Below are positions 52,394 through 61,825 of a stretch of 64,000 nucleotides of DNA, in pieces. The stretch is from an uncultured bacterium (GTDB taxonomy: Bacteria; Patescibacteriota; Minisyncoccia; Phycocordibacterales; Phycocordibacteraceae). A program made the position numbers and the translations under genes. The first letter of the stretch is position 1. Each line of letters begins with the position of its first letter. Below the pieces are notes generated by a model, which was not told the origin of the DNA, ran no database searches, and worked only from the letters and a program-made list of their open reading frames with translations. Location of the stretch: positions 425,363 to 489,362 of the forward strand of contig CAWKPH010000001.1 in assembly GCA_963851445.1 (NCBI GenBank). Reading direction: 5' to 3'.

Positions 52394-53174
52394 ATGTCGA
52401 CAAAGCTCACAAAAGTAGTAGCAAACTTCGAAACATCGCTCGCAACAAAGCTCGGCAATGGTGCTACTTCGGGCTCTCTCACAACTGCCGTCGATAAGGA
52501 TGGAAACGCACTGCCGACAGGCAAATATTGCATGATCGCAGATCGTGGAACTGGCGACGAAGAACATCTCCTCTTCGACCTTTCAGGCGTAGCAATGAGC
52601 AACATCTTTAGCGTCTCGCGCCAAGGAGTGCTGACTGCCGGCGTGCAGAACTCGAATGGCCATCGCGCAGGCTCAAAGTGCTATCTCACGGATTTCGTGA
52701 ACCTAAAAGTCATCGTCGACATTCTTTCCGGCGCTGACACTCTCGATTCGGCCAATCCGATCAGATACGACGCCGATCCGACATTCACCGACTCAAAGCA
52801 GGTCGTGTCAAAAGGCTATGCCGATGCGGGATCTTGCGGGCAAAGCAGGCATCAACGACAACAACGTCTTCCAAGGCCAAAACTCCTTCGTCCAGTCGCC
52901 GACTGTTCCGGACGCAACGACTTCAAACGAGCCGGTGACCTTGGCGCAGCTCATGACCGCGGCGCTTGTCGGCATTCAAGCCGGACTCGACCTTGCCGAC
53001 GTCGCAATAAATCCGGATGGGTCAGTCCGGTCCCTTCACGACAACGTGAACGGCAAGACCTACGTGTTCAGCTACGACCCGAACGGCGACCTCTTCACGA
53101 TCTACGACGGCGTGAGGAAGTGGACGATCGTGTCGACGCTGAGCGGCGAGAGGATCGCAAGCATTACCAGATAA
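52394..53174 (+). CDS. tail fibre N-terminal-type protein, frameshifted at a GGG run near 52832
   Basis: DSKQVVSKGYADA then LAGKAGINDNNVFQGQNSFVQSPTVPDATTSNEPVTLAQL, typical of the tail-fibre shaft start. Removing one G from gcggga restores the frame. Confidence 0.5.
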
Positions 53175-53189
53175 ATAATTTATAAAATT

Positions 53190-55294
53190 ATGATCAATTT
53201 AAATGTAGACAAAAGACAGAGCAAAGACACGATCGTAAAAGGCCAGCAGATTCCGCCACTTGTGATGCTGACTGAATACGGCCGACCTGGATATTCCCGT
53301 TGGCCTGCAATCAAGGCGCAGGGAAGTCTGACGCTTCAGAATCAGCCGACGAACGGCCAGTCGATCACAATCGGCCTCAAGACATACACATTCCAAACAG
53401 TGCTCACGAATGCTGATGGCAACATCCTCATTGGTGCCTCGATCGCTCAGACGCAGGCGAATCTTTACGCCGCAATCACTCTGACTGGCATTCCTGGAAC
53501 TCAATATGCGAGTGCGACCACGCTCAATCAAGACGTCGATGCTACGCCTTTCTCCTCAAACATTCTGGTGCTTACTGCAAAGGTGGGCGGCACTGCTGGC
53601 AACTCAATCGCCACAACCTCAACGCTCACCGCTCCGAATGCTTTTGACGCAACAACTCTCGGAACAACTCGAGCAGGCGTCGCGCAGCAGGATGCAGAAT
53701 CGACATTCATGCCTCACTACCGCTCGACCTTCAATACCTCGACTGCACATCAATATGCAAACCGAGAAATGTACTATCTCGGCGACATCAACGGATCGCA
53801 GGACAGGCCAGTCAACAACGACAAGATCATCGGAGCATTGCCTGCGCACAATTATATTATTGCCAGCCGGCGATACAAGAAAGCTCTGGATACCGAACCA
53901 CTTCGATCAGGCGATATAAACACCTCCGCTCGCTTCTCATGCGCTCAATGCTTCAGCGCCCCTTGTGGCAAAACACCATCGGCGCTCCATTTTCCGAAAC
54001 CACGAACAACCGCGCCTTCAAATCTCTTGACTCTCGATTCGAGCCGATTCGTACTCTTCTATCGCCAACAGGCAGGCACGAGCGGAATCTACGCAGTCGC
54101 CGGAAGCATTGCTTCGAACGGAATGATCACATGGGGTACTCCGGTACTTTGTACTGCACTCGATCAATACAACACCGAATTCGATGCAGTCCTGATCAAC
54201 ACCGACAAAGTGCTCATGACCTACGGCGCAGGCGCTTCGACATTCATTCAGACCGCAACACTTTCGTTCTCCGGCACCGGCATCACAAAGAATGCCGATG
54301 TTCAAGTCATCAACGTAAACGGCACACAGAAGAATCTCGTCAAGATTGGAACCGACAAGGCGCTCCTCGCTTTCCAGAACGGCGCGGCGGTCAACCTTTA
54401 TGTCGTCTCGGTTTCGGGAACTGTGCCAGCATACGGAACGCTTGCGACGATCGCTTCCTCGAATATTTACTGGGGCAATTTGCAGGGCAACGGAACCGAC
54501 AAGGCGCAGATCGTCTACTTCAACGCCGGCAAAGTATGGACGGCAGTAGTTACCGCATCGGGTACGACTGTCACTGTGCAGACTCCGCTCACGATCGGCT
54601 ACGACACCAATCCGGCTATCGTTGCAACCAGCTCTATGCTTTCGGTACTGACAAATTCTTCTACTACCATCCGTGGGGCCAACTCATGCCGTATCGAGGC
54701 CGCAGCCGATGCAAGCTCACTTACATCACAGCGAGCGGAAACACTTCCGCTCAGATAACGACACCTGAACTCACAGGCGACGAATACGACACCAACCCCG
54801 TCTTCTTCAATCCGTATGACGCAAACAACTGCATCATCTATCGATGGGCAGGCACCTATTTCGTCGGCGCAAAGATCAATGTGAATGGCAGTGTTGTCAG
54901 CGTGCAGGACGTTCCTCTTCGCGGAGTGGGATGGTTCGACAGTGGCGATAACGGTCCAGGCAACGAATCTCCAAACCGATTCAAAATTTTCCAAGAATTC
55001 AACAACTTCAGCCAGATAGCAGATCCAGTCGTGGTCGGCAACATGACTGTCGTTCTCGGAACGGACAACAACATAAACGGATGCATCTCGGCTTTCGTCG
55101 ACAAGCCGTTCAGCTTCGACCTGTATCTCGGCGACAACAAGATCGGCACATTCAACAAGACACTCAATATGCTCGTCGAGCCAATCAACATAGACCAAGA
55201 CCTCTACCTCGATGACTTCGGCATCAAGATAAAAAGCAATGAAGCGGTCGACATGCACATCGCCGTGCCGGTAGTGCTGGTGACTGTCGAATAA
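53190..55294 (+). CDS. tail fibre / receptor-binding protein, one or more frameshifts (about 54720, possibly about 53930-54050)
   Basis: About 700 aa Thr/Ser/Gly/Asn-rich beta-rich sequence. Track ORFs 53190..54758 and 53939..55294 overlap with coherent sequence in alternating frames. Confidence 0.4.
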
Positions 55295-55301
55295 AAAACT
55301 A

Positions 55302-55988
55302 ATGTCAACGTACACCATACAATATGGCGACACTCTAAGCGGAATTGCTGCAAAGACTGGACAGAGCATCCAGCAATTGATGCAGATGAATCCGTCTATC
55401 ACCGACCCGAATAAAATCTATGCGGGGCGTACGTTGAATGTCGGCGGTCCTGCACCTGCTCCCGCCCTGCACCGGCTCCCCAACTCCACAGCCACAAAAG
55501 CAGACGATTGCTCAAGTGGCGCAAGTTTCGGTCCCTGATTTCGTTGAAGACCCAGGAAGTGCGCAGATCGGGCAGCAGTATAAGACGCAGGCAACGCGAC
55601 TGTCGACGAGAATGCGATACGAGCAGCGACCCGTGCAGCAATGCAGGGCCAGATTGACGCCATAAACTCCGCTGTGGCCGACCAGATCGCCAACTTCAGA
55701 AATACAACAGGGAAGAACAATGAAGGCCAAGCATACGCGCTTGCAGCGGCCGGTGGCCGAGTGGGAAGCGCGACAGGCGAAGCACAAATCCAAGACGTCG
55801 AGAATACCGACGATCAGGAAGCGAACACATATCAGGACGAAGCTAATGCAAAAGTCCAAGCGCTTCTTGGCCAAGCTGATACTGATGCTCAAACTGAAAT
55901 TCAAAATCAGCGTGCTGCCATTCAGCAGGGCGCACAAAGTTATTTCCAGTATCTCGATAGCTTGAGCGTCAGAAGCAGAATCAGATGA
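55302..55988 (+). CDS. LysM-domain protein with two frameshifts
   Basis: YTIQYGDTLSGIAAKTGQSIQQLMQMNPSITDPNKIYAGRTLNV is a LysM motif. Downstream sequence continues in frame 1 and then frame 0 (DENAIRAATRAAMQGQIDAINSAV...). Confidence 0.45.
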
Positions 55989-56302
55989 CGGCATTCGTAA
56001 AGAACATGCTCGCAATGGGCGTCGATCCGACACAACTCTCCGAATTCGACTTCCAGAAAATATCGTCGCAGTACGGATATACCAAAGATGAAATTGTTTC
56101 AATGTATAACGATGCGAAGACTACTCAAGATCAGACAACGCAGTTGACGAATGCAAAAGCTCAAGCTGATATCGACAAGGAAAATGCGGATACCAATTCA
56201 TTCGATTTCAGCCAAGGACAAGCGCACTACGTTGTTGATCCAAAGACCGGCAAGGTGACGCAGGTCGCAAATCTTCCAAAGACATCAGCACGACGGAAGT
56301 GA
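55985..56302 (+). CDS. hypothetical phage protein
   Basis: ATGA overlap. 105 aa. Confidence 0.3.
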   Translation: MTAFVKNMLAMGVDPTQLSEFDFQKISSQYGYTKDEIVSMYNDAKTTQDQTTQLTNAKAQADIDKENADTNSFDFSQGQAHYVVDPKTGKVTQVANLPKTSARRK

Positions 56303-56991
56303 CGGCACAGGATCAACGACGATCGATCCTTCAAGCCCTCAATACAAAGTCGCACAAGACCTCGCCTATGGAGGCCTCACATTCGCGCAATTCAAGAGCC
56401 TGTATTCATATTCCCGAAACATTGATCAGAAGCTCGGCATCTATCAGCTTGCACTCACCTCAATCCGCAATTCAATGCGGCGGACTTCGAAGCGGGCTAC
56501 GAATTCTACAAAGACCCTCAGACGAGACGGAACTTTCATCGGCCGACAATGCTCTCTCGAACATTCAGTCGATCATCGACCTCTCGAATGCGGCCGCTCG
56601 AAGCGGAGTGCCTGCGGTCAACAAGATCGAGCTTCCTGCGAAATATGAAGTCGGCGACAGCTCGGTCGCAAACTTTGATCAGGCACAACAACTTCTCGCT
56701 GATGAAGTTTCCGGTGTTCTCGGTTATGGCTCTGGTACTGACATGAAGCTCAAGCTCGGTATCGACGTCATCGACGGCAATCTCGACCCTGCAACATTCG
56801 CTTCAAACATGGAGCAGCTCAAGACTTTCTTGGAAAAGAAAAAGAACTCGCTCCTTTCTCAGACGAGCGTGTACGGCGATCCGTCAGTCGGCGGTCAGCA
56901 AAACGATCCGTCGCAGGATATGTCGACCTCATCTTCAACTCCGACCACATACAAATCGACTTCAGGCAAAGTCTACATTTTGCCTAATTAA
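56301..56991 (+). CDS. hypothetical virion protein read in three frames (two frameshifts)
   Basis: Coherent peptide segments VAQDLAYGGLTFAQFKSLYSYSRNIDQKLGIYQLALTS (frame C). NPQFNAADFEAGYEFYKDPQT (frame B). DETELSSADNALSNIQSIIDL... to the end (frame A). Confidence 0.35.
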
Positions 56992-56993
56992 TC

Positions 56994-57842
56994 ATGCTTA
57001 CTAAAACCCAAGTACAGCAGAATATCGAATCGCTCGAAAAGCAGGGAGCATCCCAGAATGACATTCAGGGATATTTAAATACTCTCGGTGGGCAGATTTC
57101 ACCTGATGCGCCGACTCCTGCACCGGCCGGCAATACACCAGGCTTCTGGGGCAAAGCTCTCAACGTTGCGAAGGGCGTCGGCAATTTTCTTATTTCAAAC
57201 GAAAAGAATTTCGGCAATGACATCGGCGATGCGATCTATGCGCCGATCGCCGCAAATCAGGTCCAGGAAGAAGTCGAACAAAACATAGCGCAGATGACGG
57301 AACTTCTCGCAAAGCGAAAAGCGATGAAAGCCGCGGGCCAAGACACGACGCATATCGACAATGCGATTCAGATGATCAATGCCAATCAGCCCGATCCGAC
57401 AAAGGAGCTCGGGGATATTGTGCCATCGATAAATAAAAGCAATGAGCAGATTCTCGGCGATGCCGCCGGAGTAGCGACCGATATCGCAGCATTTGGAACG
57501 TATGGTGATGCAGCAAAGGGAGCCGAGACAGGCAAGCTCCTCGTTTCCGGTCCCGTAAGCGGAGCGGTCGGCAATGCTCTCGGCAAAGCAGGAATCGAAT
57601 CAAGTGCATTCGAAAAGACAATCCCGACTGCAGCTTCAAAACTTGCTGCTTTCGGACAAGGAGCGCTTCAGGGCGCAAAAGTAATGGCTCCGATCGGAGC
57701 AGCCTATGGCGCTGCGTCTTCAGCACAAAACAATGACGATCTTCCGACGATGCTCAAAAAGGCGCTCATCAGCGGAGCGGTATCGGGCGTTGTCGGTGGC
57801 GCACTTTCAGGCGTTGCAAACCTTCGCAATGTCGATCCCTGA
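56994..57842 (+). CDS. Gly/Ala-rich hypothetical virion protein
   Basis: 282-aa intact ORF. Confidence 0.35.
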   Translation: MLTKTQVQQNIESLEKQGASQNDIQGYLNTLGGQISPDAPTPAPAGNTPGFWGKALNVAKGVGNFLISNEKNFGNDIGDAIYAPIAANQVQEEVEQNIAQMTELLAKRKAMKAAGQDTTHIDNAIQMINANQPDPTKELGDIVPSINKSNEQILGDAAGVATDIAAFGTYGDAAKGAETGKLLVSGPVSGAVGNALGKAGIESSAFEKTIPTAASKLAAFGQGALQGAKVMAPIGAAYGAASSAQNNDDLPTMLKKALISGAVSGVVGGALSGVANLRNVDP

Positions 57843-58245
57843 CGAACTCGATCAGGAAGCGGTCGCAAGCTACAAGAAAGGTCTCGCTGCAACAAAAGAA
57901 AAATATAAAGCCACGGCAGACCAGATTATTCCGGATCTTCTCGACCAAGGCGTATGGGGTACACGCAAACAACTCCTTCAGAAAGCGGATGCCGGTATTC
58001 AGCTCTCCTCTGACGAATATGAAAAGCTCGGCGAACTCCAAGGGACTGTCGACACTCAAGGTCTCACGCAGAAAATCGACGATGAAATTGCAAACTATTC
58101 TCAAGGTGGCCGAGCATTCAGCGACAAGATGGATGCAGTCGATAGTGCAATCGTAAATCATCTTCAATCGGCCGATCAGATTTTGAATGATCCAGATATG
58201 GCCGGCGAAGTAGAAAAGTCTGGTGGCTATTCAGGCAGTGCTTGA
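57826..58245 (+). CDS. hypothetical phage protein
   Basis: ATG...TGA overlap with upstream gene (atgtcgatccctga). Confidence 0.3.
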   Translation, partial: AMSIPDELDQEAVASYKKGLAATKEKYKATADQIIPDLLDQGVWGTRKQLLQKADAGIQLSSDEYEKLGELQGTVDTQGLTQKIDDEIANYSQGGRAFSDKMDAVDSAIVNHLQSADQILNDPDMAGEVEKSGGYSGSA

Positions 58246-59063
58246 TGACGCGAAGAATAATATTGTCGCTCAGCTCCGACATGACGGCATCAACGACGCT
58301 GCAGATATCATCGAGAACGTCGATACGGACGGCGTGAAGAATCCCGATGACTTCATGGGCACTCTCAAAGAGTGCGGTATCCGACGGACTTCAGCCAAAA
58401 CCGATCTCGGTCAACACCGCAAAGATCAATCAGCTCCAAAAAATGAAAGGCGATATCGAATCGCTCCAACTTTATAACAAGCCGACCGAGGCATATCAGC
58501 AAGACCTCCGCGAGCTCGCGCAGGATTACGGCGACACTGTCTACGACACGAGAAAGAGCCTCAAGACTGTCGATGACAGCGGTACTTTGTCGCAGGTGCG
58601 AAAGGTCGATGGCGCGATCCGCGACGTTTTGAATACGAACAATCCCGACTATGCCCAGATCAACAAAGTCTACACCTTGAATTCAAGACTCTTCGACGTT
58701 CTTGATGAGACGGCCAAGCGACAAGAAGCACGACCGCTCATCTCATGGTTCAACGCAATCGTGGGCAGCGGCGGCGCGACAGCGGGCGGCACGGCCGGAG
58801 GATTCATCGCCGGTCCCGCGGGGTCGACTGTGGGATCGCTTGCGGGCGGTGGATTGGCGGTCGGTCTTACCACGGCGCTCAATAGCACTTGGTACAACAC
58901 GCTTCGTGCCGTTCAGAAAGCGAATCTTGCCGACAAGCTCGTCGAGGTCGGCAGTCTCGATGCGGCGAAGTATTGGGTACAGATTCTCAATTCCGAGGGA
59001 ATCAAAGGGGTTAACCAACTCCTAAATACGCCAAGCCAACAGCTAAACCAAGTACCAAAATGA
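58223..59063 (+). CDS. hypothetical phage protein with C-terminal glycine-zipper segment, frameshifted near 58380
   Basis: Track ORFs 58223..58477 and 58347..59063. C-terminal GSGGATAGGTAGGFIAGPAGSTVGSLAGGGLAVGL. Confidence 0.35.
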
Positions 59064-59161
59064 AAGCAAGAGCAGCGCCCAGAGCAACCCCAAGAGGTCC
59101 GAGGATAGCTCCTCCGAGCAACACACCAATTATCAGCAGTATGAAAAATAAAACGTAATAC
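59017..59161 (-). CDS. candidate 50-aa hydrophobic glycine-zipper peptide (MYYVLFFILLIIGVLLGGAILGPLGVALGAALAFILVLGLAVGLAYLGVG)
   Basis: Minus-strand ATG..TAA ORF below the track's 60-aa cutoff, the only antisense gene in the element. Overlaps the 3' end of the upstream + strand gene. Speculative. Confidence 0.25.
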
Positions 59162-59221
59162 ATGGACAGAAGCATTCAGCCATACAGAAAAAAGCAATGC
59201 AAATGTCCTTCTTCACAAAAC

Positions 59222-59413
59222 ATGATGGAAAAAAGAATCGAAACGATCGAATCCCAGATTCGAGAAATAAAAGAAAATCACCTGAGCCACATTCAGGAAG
59301 ATTTGGCCGTGGTGAAAACGAATCAGGAATGGATCATGCGATTCTTCTGGATCGTGGTCTCGGCTTCGGTCGCCGGACTGATCACCGGAATTATTAATTT
59401 AATGATCAAGTAA
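59222..59413 (+). CDS. small tail-anchored membrane protein, putative holin/lysis protein
   Basis: Coiled-coil N-terminus, single C-terminal TM (FFWIVVSASVAGLITGIINLMI), immediately upstream of the endolysin. Track start 59162 is probably too early. Confidence 0.4.
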   Translation: MMEKRIETIESQIREIKENHLSHIQEDLAVVKTNQEWIMRFFWIVVSASVAGLITGIINLMIK

Positions 59414-59418
59414 TTTTT

Positions 59419-60474
59419 ATGGAAAACACAAAACTAGAAACTGGCGCATTGGTTTCGCCGCACGACTATCGAGACGGATACGCAGCCTCGGCCGTTGCGA
59501 CAACGATCTCCCAGATCAGCCTTCCGCCAAGTTATAAGACCCAGCTCGCAACGCCGATGATGCAGGCCTTGGAGCCGGCATGCGTATCGCATAGCGTAGC
59601 CGACAACCTCAAGCTCTACTGGTTCAGAAAGACAGGGAAGTGGATCGACTTCTCTCCGCGCTTTCTCGACATCCTCGTTAAGAGATTCGACGGACAGGAT
59701 CGTGCAACCGGCGGCACATATCCACGAATGGTCTTCAAGCTCGCGGTTCAGTACGGATGTGCGACCACTGCGACCTTGCCGAATGACACCTCGCTTCCGG
59801 TCCTTGAATACCGAGACGATTCAAAACTCACCGAGGCGGTCTTTGCCGAAGCAGCGCAGTACAAGATTCCCGGCTACGTCTCGGTCCCTCTTGATTTCCA
59901 AGGTACGAGACAGTCGATCTATCTCTACGGAGCGATTTCGACTTTATTTCAGGTCGGCGATGAGATGTACGTCCCTTCATGGGCAGACAAGGATACTGAT
60001 CCGCTGAGAACGCCGAAGAAAATAGAGTCAGGACATCAGATGTCGCCATTCGGATGGGAAGATGACACCTACAACGATCTTCAAAACGAATGGAGCACTG
60101 CTTGGGCGAACAAAGGCCAGACCCGCTACGATCCAAAAGCATGGTCGCCGTTCGTGATCGAGCAATGGGCGGTCGCAGAGATTCCGCCAGACATTCAGGA
60201 CTTTCTAAAAGCGCTTCCTGCGCCGTCAGCATTCCATTACAGCTGGCAGAAAGACCTCGCACTTGGCGAGCAGAATGACGACGTGAAATTCGCGCAGATC
60301 GCATTTATGATCCTCGGATTTCTCGCGCCAATTCCGGCCGACGAGCTCGGCATCTTCGGTCCGAAGACGGCCGCGGCGAACGCGAAGTATCAGCAAGCAC
60401 ATCGCATCTCGCCGGCACCGAATCACATCGGTCCGCAGACGAGAGCGGCACTTAATAGCCAATTTTCAATTTAA
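59419..60474 (+). CDS. endolysin-type cell wall hydrolase with C-terminal PG_binding_1 peptidoglycan-binding domain
   Basis: C-terminus DVKFAQIAFMILGFL...GIFGPKTAAANAKYQQAHRISPAPNHIGPQTRAALN matches the PG_binding_1 pattern. N-terminal catalytic domain (candidate Cys/His, ACVSHSV) is unclassified. Confidence 0.55.
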   Translation: MENTKLETGALVSPHDYRDGYAASAVATTISQISLPPSYKTQLATPMMQALEPACVSHSVADNLKLYWFRKTGKWIDFSPRFLDILVKRFDGQDRATGGTYPRMVFKLAVQYGCATTATLPNDTSLPVLEYRDDSKLTEAVFAEAAQYKIPGYVSVPLDFQGTRQSIYLYGAISTLFQVGDEMYVPSWADKDTDPLRTPKKIESGHQMSPFGWEDDTYNDLQNEWSTAWANKGQTRYDPKAWSPFVIEQWAVAEIPPDIQDFLKALPAPSAFHYSWQKDLALGEQNDDVKFAQIAFMILGFLAPIPADELGIFGPKTAAANAKYQQAHRISPAPNHIGPQTRAALNSQFSI

Positions 60475-60479
60475 AAATT

Positions 60480-60740
60480 ATGAACGCAACATTAAAACGC
60501 TACCTTATCAGCTCGGCCACGACCTTCGTGACGGCATTCTTGATCTCGGTCGGGGCGCAACTTACGACCGCGCATATCACGCCCAGAAACCCTCGGATGG
60601 GGGATCGTGGCATCCATAGGCGCAACGGCCTGTAGAGCGGCAATAAAGGCTGTAATAGAGGCTTTTTCAGGGGCAAACGGTGATCCACAGCTAGGATAAT
60701 TGCTTTCTAATGCCATTTGCTGCTATAATCGGCTATATAC
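60480..60740 (+). CDS. small two-TM membrane protein (holin-like), frameshifted at a GGGGG run near 60597
   Basis: TM1 LISSATTFVTAFLISVGAQL in the ATG frame. TM2 and tail (SWGIVASIGATACRAAIKAVIEAFSGANGDPQLG) in the +1 frame. Confidence 0.3.
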
Positions 60741-60756
60741 CCTATAGCGGTAAATT
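60690..60756 (+). promoter_or_regulatory. putative sigma70-type promoter (TTGCTT...17 nt...TGcTATAAT) plus palindrome GCTATA-taccc-TATAGC upstream of the Fic gene
   Basis: Seen in sequence about 30 nt upstream of ATG 60757. Confidence 0.4.
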
Positions 60757-61821
60757 ATGGCAGACAACAAGACAAAATTTGATCACCGACTAGAGAAACC
60801 AGATCAGCACATCTGGGCTCTTATCGCTGAAATTGACGGCATCAGAGGAGAATTCAAGGCAGGACTCCGAATGTCTCCGCAAGCGATCACCAGCCTCAAG
60901 CGCTCGGTGCTTGTTACCTCTGCCGGCGCATCGACCCGTATCGAAGGATCGAAACTCAGCGACGAAGAAGTCGAGAAGGTCATGCAAGGACTTACAGCTT
61001 CAAAACTTGCCGAGCGCGACTACCAAGAAGTGCAGGGATACCTCGAGACGCTCCAAAACGTCTTCGATAGCTATCAAACTCTCCCGCTCCGTGAGGGCGT
61101 GATCAGCTCACTCCATAATGAGCTTCTTAAATATTCCGACAAAGACAAACTTCACAAAGGCGGCTACAAAAAAACAGAGAACACTGTCGGCATACTTGGT
61201 CCTGACGGCAAGGTCGCCAAGATTATCTTCGATCCGACTCCGGCATGGCTCGCGCCAGCCGAAATGGCAGAGCTCGTTGACTGGACATATGACGCGCTCG
61301 AAAAGAACCGCTTCCATCCGCTCCTCGTCATCGCCAATTTCCTCGTTGAATTCCTGAAGATTCACCCGTTCGAAGACGGCAACGGACGTCTTTCGCGCAT
61401 TCTCACGAATCTTCTTCTGCTCCGATCCGGCTACCAATTCATGCAGTATGTCTCGCATGAGCAGATCGTCGAGCGCCGCAAGGACGAATACTATCTCGCA
61501 CTCCGCAAAGCGCAGGAAACATTCAAAACTGATAAGGACACGATCGCGCCGTGGCTCAACTTCTTCCTTTCGGTCGTCAAAGAGCAGGCGACAAAGGCTT
61601 TGATGTATCTTGAAGAAGAACACATCGAGGATACGCTCTCACCAAAGCAATACGAGGTTTGGAAATTCATCTCGAGCGTAGGCGAAGCGAACTTGAGCGA
61701 GATAGAGAAAGGCACCAATATTGTCAGAGGAACTGTTCGACAGTCGATCGAGCGGCTTCTTGAGCTTGGAAAGATCAAGAGAATGGGTCGCGGCCGCGGT
61801 ACGCGATATGTGAAAATATAA
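60757..61821 (+). CDS. Fic/Doc-family AMPylase (class II, N-terminal inhibitory motif) with C-terminal winged HTH
   Basis: Fic active-site motif HPFEDGNGRLSR. N-terminal STRIEG matches the (S/T)xxxE(G/N) alpha-inh motif. C-terminal about 70 aa resemble a wHTH. Confidence 0.75.
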   Translation: MADNKTKFDHRLEKPDQHIWALIAEIDGIRGEFKAGLRMSPQAITSLKRSVLVTSAGASTRIEGSKLSDEEVEKVMQGLTASKLAERDYQEVQGYLETLQNVFDSYQTLPLREGVISSLHNELLKYSDKDKLHKGGYKKTENTVGILGPDGKVAKIIFDPTPAWLAPAEMAELVDWTYDALEKNRFHPLLVIANFLVEFLKIHPFEDGNGRLSRILTNLLLLRSGYQFMQYVSHEQIVERRKDEYYLALRKAQETFKTDKDTIAPWLNFFLSVVKEQATKALMYLEEEHIEDTLSPKQYEVWKFISSVGEANLSEIEKGTNIVRGTVRQSIERLLELGKIKRMGRGRGTRYVKI

Positions 61822-61825
61822 TTAT

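Larger units (their letters stand above)
36550..60750 (+). mobile_element. prophage-like element (about 24 kb; replication/recombination, packaging, head, tail, lysis modules), apparently defective
   Basis: Contiguous unidirectional phage gene set (Sak4-like ATPase, RusA, ParB-MTase, terminase, portal, scaffold, capsid, tail fibre, holin, endolysin). Slightly higher GC than the flanks. Numerous frameshifts. No integrase or tRNA seen, so boundaries are approximate. Confidence 0.7.
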
